64,000 nucleotides of DNA, from assembly GCA_013239625.1 (NCBI GenBank), contig MU053629.1, positions 4,057,567 to 4,121,566 on the forward strand, given 5' to 3'. Under the pieces are notes generated by a model. That model was not told the DNA's origin and searched no databases. It saw only the letters and a list, made by a program, of their open reading frames with translations. Positions within the stretch are counted from its first letter, which is position 1, and the number at the start of each line of letters is the position of its first letter. This stretch comes from Lama guanicoe. Taxonomy: Eukaryota. Made by a program: the position numbers and the translations under genes. Below, piece by piece: positions 34,833 to 46,494 of the stretch.

Positions 34833-36915
34833 CACAGCTAATGAAGTGCATCCACGGGCTTGTAGTCATAGAAGTAGCTGGTGTTACACCAGCTACTAAA
34901 GCGTCAACCTAACAGGACAAGAGAAGTGCTGTTTGGAGATCTGGGCTTGGGGTCAGACCAACCTGGCGATGCATTCTCCCTCTGACACGTACAGTTGTGT
35001 AGACTGGGTAAGCTACGTGTCTGTTTCCAAATGGAGTAGAGTGAACACTAAAAATACAGTAGCTATGATCATCACTCCTTTTTTCCTTAAATTCCCTAAA
35101 TTACTCAGCATTAACACAATTAGCTCAAGCAACTGGAGGGTACAAGCTTTTCGTCTTCTTTTCGCTCCTGTCTATGTGTATAAGATTTTCTTTTCCATTC
35201 CATTCAGCCTTTCTGCTCTTCTTTCCACTGTTCTGGCCATTCTCAGGTTAAATAATTATAGGTGCTCCCAAAAGATGTAGCTGTGTGGCTGTTCATTATA
35301 GCGTTGTTTATAGTAGTAAAAAAAAATTGGAAACTACCTAGATACTCACTAATTGAGAATTGTTTAAAAATTACTACGTATCAATTTGGAGGAGGGTGTA
35401 GCTCAAGTGGTAGCATGCATGAGGTCCTGGGTTCAATCCCCAGTATCTCCTCTAAGAATAAATAAATAAACCTAATTACCTCCCCCCACCAAAAAAATAA
35501 AAAGGAAGTAAGGAAACAAACAAAATTGCTATGTATCAGTTGAATGAAATACTCTGTAGCTATTAATGTTTTAGAGGAGCATTTATTAAATAGATAGTCA
35601 TGATACACTAGTAAGTAAAAAAAGGCAAGTTATAAACTAGTAATATGCTGTATAATTTCATTTTAGTGTTGTTTAAAAGCTCTATATCTTGCATTAAAAT
35701 AATGCTTGAATTATATAAAATATACTGGGCAGAGTGATTATTAAGTCTGGGAGATGGGAAATTGGGTGATTTTCATTTTCTCCTTTTGCTTGTTCATAGT
35801 TCCTAAATTTGTTTTAATATCTGTGTATTGTATTTGTAGTGTAAAAAAGTATCACCCCCCCAAAAATGTTTTTAATGTAGAGAGGCTGAGGGCCGGGCCA
35901 GGTGGGCTCTGCCCGCCCCATCCCGGGCTGTCTTCTCCTGCATCTGGGAGGGTACCAGCTGGCCGGAAGGAGATTTCAGCCACATAATTTCTGTAACCTC
36001 CAGGGCACGGCCCTTCCTTGGCATGACTCCATCCTTGTCCTGGCAGCCCCTGGCTTTCCTGTAATGGCAGGGAGAGAATTCCCCTAACCCGGTCCACCAA
36101 GAGGATGGGAGAATGTCACAAGAGTCGCCTCCGGGACCAAGACCAAATTCGCCATATTCAGGACATCAGACAGGAATGTGGCTGCCTGGGAGAAATGGGC
36201 CTGAACCCAGCACCTGGGCTGCGTGTATTGGCTGAGGTTCACAAAGACGCTGGACTTCAGTCTGGCAGATTGAAAATATTTTTCAGTGGAGTCCCAGTAT
36301 TTGACTGGAGAAATAATATTCCTTCTCTGGATGTCAAACATCCGGATAAATAGAAGCCTTTTTTTCCCGCCTGCACTCTTCCCTGAGTGTTACAAAGGAT
36401 GCTCTGACATAGGGTTTTGGAAGGGACTCGCCTTGCCAGGGTGAAGGCCAGCTTGAGCCACAGGGAGTGCTTATTTTTAAAGGAGTGGGAAACGTGTGGC
36501 CCATCACAGGTTTGCTCAAAGGGCCTGGCTTCCTCAGGAGAGAGGGTGTGGGATCGCAGGACCTGCCTTCCTGGCCGTGAAGGGCTCCGAGAGTGCAGTG
36601 GGTGCCCAGGCCCCCTGCCCCGGCAGGAGGCTGCGACAAGGCAGGGCTGGGGAGGGTCCTGGCAGGGAGTGTATTCCACCCAGAGCTGGGCTGTGGGTGC
36701 AGCCAGAGTCAGGGAACAGGGGTAGGAGTCGGGAGTGGAGAGGGAGGTTGAGGGCAGACATTAGATGAAGAACTCCCATTATTTTCAATGAACTGGAACC
36801 CAGGATGCCCAAGCCACAGAAAGCGCATCTCACCCAGCAGCTGGGCAAATCCAGCGGCTTTGGCTAGACGCAGAAATCGAATGAAGGCATTCCTAGTGAG
36901 TCTTCCCTCAAATAT
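34833..36915 (+). repeat. Tandem duplication, copy 2 (2083 bp)
   Basis: Differences seen from copy 1: three substitutions and one 13-to-6-bp replacement. Confidence 0.97.
35388..35521 (+). mobile_element. tRNA-derived SINE (Vic-1-like), duplicated copy
   Basis: Appears identical to 33305-33438. Confidence 0.85.
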
Positions 36916-38004
36916 GACTGGCATTTGGGGGAGCCACTGGGGAATTTATAGGAAGGAAGGTAGCAGAGAATAATCCTAAACCTTCCTCACGTTGGAGAAT
37001 GAATCATGAAAACCTTCCATTCCCCTGGGTTCTACTGAGCAACATCTTAACTCTGTTCAGCCAGTGACCCCTAGGCTGCGCCGTCTGTCCCCTCACTCAC
37101 TGCTTATCTCCACATCACAGGCACAGCCTGCTTCCTGACACATGGCCACCCTGCCTGGCTATCTGGACCCCTCCCCTGGGCCAGGATAAAAATACCTCTT
37201 TCCAGCACTTCATCCCGGTCCAGCTCATCCTGAGCCAACGGGCAGCCCTGCGGGGGCAGACTCACTGACCTGCCTTTCCCTCTGCTGGGACACGGTGGCC
37301 CTACCCATCTCCACGCCATGCCTTTACTCTGTGAGAGTCACACCTTCACAGGCAGAACCAGCACCCACTCAAGTGTCCTTCCATCACGCGTGCTCAAAAT
37401 GGAGACTCGGTGCTTTGACTTGATGGGGTAAACTTGAGCCTCCTCACTAGAAGTTCTTGGAAAACTGAGTGTAGGGCTTCCTCTCCGTTCATATAGACTG
37501 AATCAGTCCCACCTCCAGGCTGGAATGGAAATCCTGGCTCCTCTGCAGAGGCTCTAATCCTGAGCCCATGGCCAATCTGCCCCTTGGTTTCCAACTTCTC
37601 CACCCTCCCTGGTCCAAACACCCTTTATCTCTGCTGAATTACCACAGTAGCTTCCTTCCTCTGTCCACTCTGGTCTCATCCAACCCACTCACCGCACAGT
37701 AGTTCTGCTTAAAACCTTTCCCTGATCTGCCACTGCGCTCAGAAAACAATCCAGGCTCCTCACCCAGTGACCTGGCCATCTGTCCTTGCTTGTCGCATCT
37801 TCACCCAGAGTGCTCTGTATCATGGCTTGCCACGCACTTTCCTGCCTCAGGGCCTACCCCGTTTCTGTTCCCACTGCCTGGAACACCCTCACCTCACCAG
37901 GCTGGCTCTTTGTAATTCTTTTTCTGTCAAGTCCAAGTGTTTTTACAGAGGCTTCCTTTGACCTTCTGAGCCAAGAAAGTCCCTCATGGGTTTTCCTCTT
38001 TTCT

Positions 38005-38195
38005 TTCTTTTTTTTTCAGATTGATTTTTTCTTTTCTTTTCTTTTTTATTGAAGTCCAGTTGATTTACAATGTTGTGCTGGTTTCAGATGTACAGCAAAG
38101 TGACTCCATTATACACATATATCCACGTATTCTTTTTCATTATGGTTATTACAAGTTATTGAATATAGTTCCCTGTGCTGTACGTGGGACCTTGT
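38005..38195 (-). mobile_element. L1 3' end (cetartiodactyl-type) within an L2 remnant
   Basis: T-rich tail plus 'gttgatttacaatgttgtg...ttgaatatagttccctgtgct'. Confidence 0.85.
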
Positions 38196-39445
38196 TTTCT
38201 GCTTTTTCCTCTTTCCTCATGGTACTTGCCATATTTGAAGGTGGATCTCTAACTGCCTTCATTTGTTTAGTATCTGTCTTGACCATTGGACCATGAGTTC
38301 CATTAGGGCAAAAGCTAGGACTGTACTAGTTACCCCTGTTCGGCATCTCCCACGTAATAGATGCTCAGAAATATTTCCCGAATGAGTAGGAGAGCAGTGA
38401 AGGAAAGAGAGAGACTGGAGTGTGATTTGATAACAAAGGGCGGACCCTGGGTTGGGTGGTCCTTGGCTGGTACCTGGGCACAGCAGCATGCTACCTGTGT
38501 GATGCTGGGCAAGCGACTCGCTGAGCCTCAGTTTCCTCATCTGTAAAATAATGAGTATAATAATTTCCTTGCTAGGTGGTTTTGAAAATGAAAGGTAAGG
38601 TATTTGGAGAGTCTGACCCAATGCCTGGCACTAAACACGTCTATTTATCAACCACTGCTCCCCCCTCCCCAACCCACACACATATTGGCAGTACAGAGTG
38701 AGCCAGACCTGTGCTAGGACCGAGGGGCTGCTCAGGCCTTTCACTCAAGGAGGGTACCATTCAGAGGTCCATAAATCACAGCTATTCATAGTAATAGTAC
38801 CACTGCTACTAATAGTAATAATAAACAAAATGTTAGGAAATTCTCTAGCCGGAGTGAATGAGCCAAGCCCCGTGGAAGCCCGCCTGGGGAAACCAGGATA
38901 TGAGAGAAGGGAACAGGGTGTGAAGAAAAAATACAGGAGCGAGTGTGTGGTTTGCTATAAATCGTCCTTTGATCTTTCTTTCATAGTTGGCTTAGATTTT
39001 CCATTTAGCTGAATTCAAGAATCCTATGACTAAAGTATTCATTCACTGAAAGGATGTGTGTGTGTATGTGTGTGTGTATTTATTTGATGCATATAAATTT
39101 AGGAGAGAGAGGTTCAGAGGTGAATCTGACAGAGTCTCTGCCTTCAAGAGGCTTACAGGGGAACGAGACACACACAAACAAGTCCTGTCACAAGGAGGAC
39201 GTAAAGAGACACAAATGAAGGACAGTGGGGATTCAGAGACCGAAGTAAGAGGCTTCGTGGGGAGGTGGATAGACTTCAGGACACGTGATGGAGAGAGAAG
39301 TAAGGACGTGGAGTCAGATGACCTGTTTCCAAACCCTGCTTTACAATTTGCATCTAGAAAAGTCACAGTTTCTCTGAGCCTCAGCTTTCCCATCTGTAAA
39401 ATGGGGATAATACATCTGCATTATTGTGATTATTTTGTGTGGTCA

Positions 39446-39458
39446 TCTTCTCTCTCCT

Positions 39459-39498
<40 letters not shown>

Positions 39499-39508
39499 GC
39501 ACGCGCGC
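39446..39508. repeat. Compound (TC)n(CA)n microsatellite
   Basis: Read directly from sequence. Confidence 0.95.
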
Positions 39509-41137
39509 AGGTACCCAGGAAAAGGTCAGAGCCGCGGGACTAAGAAACACCACTTGAGGCCCCGGTGAGCTCACCAGCAAGCTCGTGCTGGTGTTTGATG
39601 GAAGTGGCGATGGCGGCGGTGCCACATCCTGCCTGGCTCACGGCTCCACACCCTTCCATTTAATCCATCTGAGAGAGAAGCGGCACTTCCCAAAATCCCA
39701 ACTCACTCTCATTCCCAGTCAGAGGACTTTCAGGAACCCTAGGCTGGGCCCACGTCCGAGCCAGCCTGAGCCCTGAGCCCAGGTTGTGGGAGATGCCGGT
39801 GGGCTGCGGTTGGGCGTGGTGGAGACTGGCTAGTTGCCTCCTCGTCTCCCTGGGCTCCCAGCTAGACTCCATCCTTGCAGCTGGGCGAGGCCACGCAACA
39901 CAGTTCTGATCAGTGAAAAGTGATAGATGTGTGCTCTTTCCGGGCCTGACCAAGAAAACCCTGCCATGCTCTTTCTCTTGGTCAACCTGACAGTGATCCC
40001 CCAGCATGAGTTTGGACGCTGTTTAAAGATGCCATGGCTGCCATCAGCCAAGGTCTCACGCTGCGTGGAGAAGGGTGCCCCCTCACCCCCATCCACCACC
40101 CGTGAACTCCAATCCAGGAGTGCCCTAGACTGTTAGATGAGACATGAAATAAACTTCCTTTATGTTTATCTCTTCTATGTTTGGGTGTATTTTCTGAAGC
40201 AGCGATACCTAAGTAATACACCAGAGTAGGGGTATCCCACCCGAGGAGGACCAAAGCAAGAAGGGCTGAAGAGCAGTTCTCCAAGCATCATCCTTGGAGA
40301 GCGCAAGGTGTTGGGAGCCAAGTGCCTAAGTACCATATGCAAGACATGTGGCGGGTGAATGGAGTTGAGGGTTAGGAGCTGGGCAAAGTAGGGTCAGAAA
40401 TAGGGGTGGCTGGGTGACAGGGGTCTGTTAAAAGTGCTTGTTCTCCTGAGTGGAGCTGATTTGAAGGTAGCAGCCAGTGCTTTTATAGTTGGGTCTGCCT
40501 CACACCTGGATTTTACCTCCTGCCCTCGACCCAACTCCTGCCTGAAGCCTAAGGCTGGGTAACTGGGATCCCGTGTCATCCCCCTGGGCCCTGACTGGCA
40601 TCCACTCTGCAGCCTGATGGCCTAGTCTTGTTTCACAGATGAGGAAAAGCAGACCCAGAAGAATGAAGGGACTGATTCATAAAGCCCAAATTGATCTTTC
40701 CACCTGGTCTTGGCCACGGAGCACAATTTCCAGCAAAGTCCTGCCTCTTTAATGCCCTGGCCAGAGCCTCCCCAAAGGACCGCTTCTGGCAAGCTAGGTT
40801 TCCAAGCCTGACCACTGAGAATGAAAAGGAGCTGGTTTCTTCTGGTCCCAAAGATAAACAAGCCGGTCGATTTTCTGCCGGTCCCAAGGCGGCTCTTTGC
40901 TGCCCTGGAGCCAAGCAGACACTGGGCAGTCTGTGTGCAGGGCTGGGGCTGCAGTCCGCACCGGCTGGTAACGACTTCGCGACTTCTCGGAGGGAGCTGG
41001 CCGCAGCTCAGACCACTTGGGTGGGGGGAGAGGAGGCTGAAGACACAACTGTGCTTCTCGTAAAGGTCTCGTCCTACAAAGAAAGACAGGGGTAACCTAC
41101 TGAGCGTCTGCAGTGATGCTGGTCTGCGTACGGAAAT

Positions 41138-41787
41138 ATATTAGTCTGAACTCTCTAGATAAACAGAGGGGCACCCAACACAAATTTACTGCAGTGGACT
41201 TTCCATAGACTATATATATGTGTGTACATATAAACATATACATGAGAATATATATAACATATATGTAGATATATAACATAAACACGATATAGATACATAA
41301 TAAACATGTAGCTATGTAATATAGCACATATAGATATACACATGCTAATTTATCTGTCTGTATATATAGAGAGATCTATAGCTGTATCCATATCTATATA
41401 ATTGGTTCATGCGGAATAGAAGCTAAGTCCTGTGATCTATAGTCAGCAAGCTGGAGAGCCAGGGGAGCCGAAGGTATAGTTCCAGTCCAAGGTCAAAGGC
41501 CTGAGAAGCGAGGGAGCCAGCAGTATAAGCGCCAGTCTGAGTGTGGGTCCCAAGGCGGGAGAAGACCAATGTTCTGCTTAAAGTCCTCCCTCGACCTGCC
41601 TTTTTGTTCTATTCAGGCCTCCGATGGATTGGATGAGGTCCGCACACACTGGGGAGGGCAATCTCCTTTACTTGGTGCACTGATTCAAATGTTAATCTCA
41701 CCTGGAAATACCCTCACAGAATAACGTTTCACCAAATATCTGGGCACACCACGGCCCGGTCAAGTTGACACATAAAATTAGCATCTC
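41138..41787 (-). mobile_element. MLT2B-like ERVL LTR with expanded degenerate (TA)-rich tract
   Basis: 'gattggatgagg...ggagggcaatct...gattcaaatgttaatctca...gtcaagttgacacataaaatta'; TA-rich at ~41208-41400. Confidence 0.85.
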
Positions 41788-42115
41788 GAGGAGGGACAGA
41801 GGCACACAGAGGTTCCTGACTTAGGGCGGCCAGACTAAGAAAAGTGTACAAAGCAGGATTTCTCCCAGCAAGATCTGCATCCCCAAAAGATCAGAGCTTT
41901 CAGCTTCTGATCAAGGTGTTAGGTTAAAGAAGGTTCTGAGAAACTGAAAAACAGTCTCAAATCTAGTTAAACAATAAAAAGGACGTGTTGGTTTTTGTAC
42001 CTGAACGTTTCTCAGGAGTGTCAGCTTCAGACAAAGCTTGATCTAGTGGCTCAAATATGTCACCAAGAATCCAGTTTCTATTTTGTCTCTCCTCTCTGCC
42101 TTCCATGGAATCATT

Positions 42116-42307
42116 GGGTTGTCTGAGTTAGGAAGAAAAAAATACAGGCTGTCTAGTTAAATTTGAATTTCAGATTAACAATGAATACTTTTTTTAGTAT
42201 AAATACGTCTCATGCAACATTTGGGACCTATTTATATGAAAAAATTATTTGTTGTTTATCTGAAATTCAAATTCCTCAGGATGTCTTATATTTTATCAGA
42301 CAACCCT
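42116..42307. mobile_element. MER53 palindromic hAT MITE inside an old MaLR LTR
   Basis: TIRs gggttgtctga/tcagacaaccc; internal arms aatttgaatttcagat / atctgaaattcaaatt. Confidence 0.85.
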
Positions 42308-44027
42308 ATGCTAAGACAAGCCCTCTCTTTCTCTCTCTTTGTTTGGTAGCTCCTACAGACGAGAGGGGGCAGTTCTTTTCCAGAACCTCAAGCGAACACC
42401 TCCTTGGCCTGAAATGCCTGTTTCTGAACCAGTTTCTGTGACTGGGAAATAAGATGCAGTGATTGGCTTAGTGAGGAGGCCAGAGGCTTTTCTGGAAAGG
42501 AGAAGAAAAATGAATGTTTGAGGGGCACCCAACATAAGTCTACTGCAGTGGACTTTTCAGGATCAGTCACAGAATCCAAACTCCTCAAGGTTGGATGGGA
42601 CCCTAAAGATTACTTAGTCCAACTTGTGATGTGATTCCTGAATCTGCCCATAATATCCCAATTTTATGTTCATATCTGTCCTGACAGGGAACTCACCTTC
42701 TTCCAAGGAGCTCATTCCATCAACAGCCTTGATGGTTGGGACATTCTAGCTGAAATTGCTCTTTTCCTAGGGTTTTCACTCCTGGGTTCCGGTGCTAACT
42801 GGAGGTACCTATAGGGCAGTTTGCTAAACCAACTTGGGATGGATGAGTACTTGGTATATGCCAGGTACTCGGTTATGTGCTTTCACGTTTTTGTTTCATT
42901 TCACCTTCCCAGCACCCTGTGAAATAAGCGAGTCCCTTCTGATGGATACAGAAGCTTGGGGGTTGAGCCCCTGCCCTGATTCTACAGCTAGGGGCTGAGC
43001 TGGACTTGCACACGTATTAGTCCTGGTGTCCCACCCACCTGCCCCTCCACCACGGTGAGGAATCCACAGCTTTTCAAATACTGATTGACAGTGTCCGAGC
43101 TTCCTTGTTTTCTTAGGGCCTTGGGCTCAGGGACCTTTGCTCCTTAAATCTGGTGTCCCCAGTGGAGCACGCTGCTCAGATGTGGTCAAGGGTAAAGAAT
43201 TGTGGAGGAGGAGAAGCTAGTGGTCCAGAGAGCTTCATACGTAAATCCTCATCAGTTGATTTCATTCGCTTGTCAGCTGAAGCTGCGTGCCTGGTATGGG
43301 CAGACACCACGTGAGGCACGGAGGATGAGGACAGAAGGAGTGGAAACAAGAGAGAAGATACAGTCTGTAGCAGGAAGGAGCTCATGACCCAGAAGGGGAA
43401 ACAGATGTGAAATTACAATCACAGTGCAATGTGATATATACATACTTGACTGTATCAGCGTGGACAGAATGCTGAGAGTCTGGGCGCAGCAAGTCAAGGG
43501 GGAAGGGCACTCCAGGCAGGAGGAACAGCCTAGGCAAAGCACAGAGTGATGAGATCCTGGATTCAGACAGAAGATTAAAGGAGAACCCAGATGGGAAGGT
43601 GCCTCGTTGAAAGACCACTGAGCACACGTACCAGTGGGATTCTAATGGCATGAAGGACTTTTGCTTCCCCAGGTGCTCCTGGCCTGGGGCTTCCTTCTTG
43701 AAACCCCAAACTCTTCCTACAGAAAATACTCTCCATCCATTTAGACAAATTGGAGATGTATTCCCAAAGAGGAAACTGGGTTTTGGCATTTGAAAAAACA
43801 TCATAAATGGGCCAAGGGCACAGGCAGTTCACACAAAAGGAAAATGGCTAGTAAACAAACATGAGGAAACACAGTCAACCTGGCCAGGAATCAAAGAAAT
43901 GCATATTGAAACAACTGAGGTGCACATTTCCAGCTATGAAATTAACAGCCGTAACAAAAAGATTGAGATGGTTACACTCCGTTCCGGTGAGGTCTAGGGA
44001 AAGGAATGACTCTGACGTTGTGGGAGG

Positions 44028-44140
44028 CAGGACCAGCTACCAGATCTACAGGGCTCAGTGCAATTGGAAAATGTAGGATCTCTTGTTCAAAAATGATTAA
44101 GAATTTCAAGGCAGCAACAGCAGAGCATTAAACCAAGTGC
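44028..44140 (-). mobile_element. MER45A fragment (hAT-Tip100)
   Basis: 'ttgttcaaaaatgattaagaatttcaaggcagcaacagcagagcattaaaccaag'. Confidence 0.8.
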
Positions 44141-44149
44141 TGGACTCTT

Positions 44150-45699
44150 CTTGGTTCCAATCTCATCCCCTCCCGCCCGCTCAGGGACTTTATTGTCATT
44201 TCTCTCTTGAAATTCACCTTGCCACCAGTGTTCAGCATACGCACAAGTCCTCCTTTTTGGAAAACAAACAAACAAACAAAACCAAAAACCCTCCCTCAAG
44301 CTTTCACCCTGCCTTCTCCAGCTATTTCCCCAGTTCTCCTCTCTGCCATGCTTCTGGAAAGGTCTGTGTAGCCTTGCTGTCCCTGTATCCTTATTTCCTG
44401 TTCATTTATCCACGCTGTTTTGTCCCCCATCATTATAGGTCTTGCCGAGGTCACCACTGACCTCGATTCATTTTCTGGGACCTTTCGGGCAGCATTTGAC
44501 ACCGGTGACGACTCTCTCCTTCCTCCAACACTCTTCTCTTGGCTTCTGGGACGTCACGTCCTCCTGGCTTCCCTCCCATATCTCTTTCAGTCTCCTTGAC
44601 CAGCTGTCTCCCTCCATCTGCAAGTGAAAGTTCCTCACTCACCTGGTCTGGACCCTGTTCACCCTCAGCCCTTCTCCTTAGGCGAGCTCACCCATGTCTG
44701 CGGCTTTAGTCACCATCTGTACATTGATGACTCGTACGTTCATGGCTATGCCCCAAACTCTGGTCTGAGTTTCTGCTCATTTGAGAGCTCCTCTTGCCCA
44801 TCTCAAAAATACCTTGAGCTCTTTATGTACCAAACCAGTCCGGGCTGGCCCTGTTCCATTGTTCTCCAGCTCTGTCAAGGCCACCACCATTCATCCTGTT
44901 CCTTACACCAGAAATCTAGCACCTTCAATATACCCTTCTCCTTCCCCTCCCCAGCTCCCCACCACATCTTAAATCAAATCCACTGCCAAGTCTTGTCAGT
45001 TTCCCCTCTGAAGTATTTCCTAAATGGGTCCACTTATCTCCATTTCCATCCCCATTCTCGTCATCTAAGCAACTGCCATCTGTCGTCTTGACCATGGTAG
45101 CAGCTGCCCATTGGTACCCCTTAACCCTTCTCAGACTCCGGCTCCCTTCATACTGCAGCCAGACAGAGTGCTTCAAAACCCACAGTCAGGTCAGGAGGGT
45201 CCCACTGCTCTCAGGATGAAGACCAACAGCCTTCTCAAGGAAGGTCCACAGGTCCCGCCTGGTCTTGCCTCAGGCTCTCCCAGCAGTTTGAGCTTCAGCT
45301 ATTGTAGTCTTCTTAGCTCTGCTGAAAGGCATTCGTACATGCTGTTCCCTCTGTCTGGAATGCTGTTCTTTCCTCCCTTTTGGTCCAGTTAGCTCCTAGT
45401 CATCCTTATTCCCTAGCTCCATCACTTTTTCCTTAGGAAATCCTTTTATTAACCACCAAGCAGAGTAGGGTTCTACCATGAAATGCTTTTTGTAGCTTTG
45501 TGTCTCTCTCCTTAGTAATACTTAGCAAGGTTATAATTGTATCCAGCTGTGTGATGACCTGATCGAGTCCATCTCCCCAACTAGAGGGTAGGGCCCAGAA
45601 CTGTAGACTGTATGTTCTTCCTCACCATTTAAACCCAGTGCTTAATCAGTGTCTGTCAAGAAGACAGTGCTCAATAAATATTTGGTGAATGAATGAATG
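44150..45699 (+). mobile_element. L2 LINE, ~1.5 kb 3' portion
   Basis: Pyrimidine-rich L2 body ending in canonical 'gtgctcaataaatatttggtgaatgaatgaatg'. Confidence 0.85.
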
Positions 45700-46494
45700 G
45701 AAATCCATTTAACAATTTATTTTGAGAGCTATGGAAATGTTTCTATGTTTTGATCAAATAATCCCACTTCTAGGAGTTTATCCCAAGGAAATAATCCAAA
45801 AAAAGAATATTTTTTTAAATGCGTGAAGGTATTAACCACATTGTTTTTTAGTAGAGAATTTAAAAAATACAGATAGATGTCCAGCAATAAAGGAAATGTT
45901 ACAGAGTAGTAGATCCACAAAGTAAACAACAGGGTCATTTAAAAACAATTGTGAAGACTAAGTGGCAATATGGAAAACAGTTTACCATGTTACAATCGCT
46001 TTTCAGAAGCTGAATGCAAAATTGGAGTTTTACAACTATGTAAAAATGTTTTATGCATGCAGACAAGTACCAGATGGGAACCAGGAAAAATAAATGAGTT
46101 GATTTGTCAGAAAAAGTGGATCGTGATTGAATTTTCCATTTCATGTTGATTTTTCTTAGTGCGGTGGTATCGTTTTTGCTCAAGTAATACTTTAATGTCT
46201 TCTGTGAGTTTCACCTACAATCACAGGCTGAATGAAATGGCCACGTTAAGCTGAGGACCCGTCAAAGCACAAATGCCTGACAAATATCCTTGTTTTAGAG
46301 CAACCTATTAACCACTTTAAAAATAGACCCCATGATAATTATACCTTATGTTTATAATGTTTTCTGTGTGGACATATGTTTTTGTTTCCCTTGGGCAAAT
46401 ATTTAGGAGTAGACGAGATGGACTGTATGATGGTAGGTGAGTGTTTACCTTTTCTTTTCCCCACTTCGCTGTGAACCAGGTGGTGTCATTATTA

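Larger units (their letters stand above)
43780..46170 (+). mobile_element. L1ME-like ORF2/3' fragment split by nested MER45A and L2
   Basis: L1 text at ~43780-44025 resumes at ~45700 ('aatcccacttctaggagtttatcccaaggaaataatc'). Confidence 0.65.
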
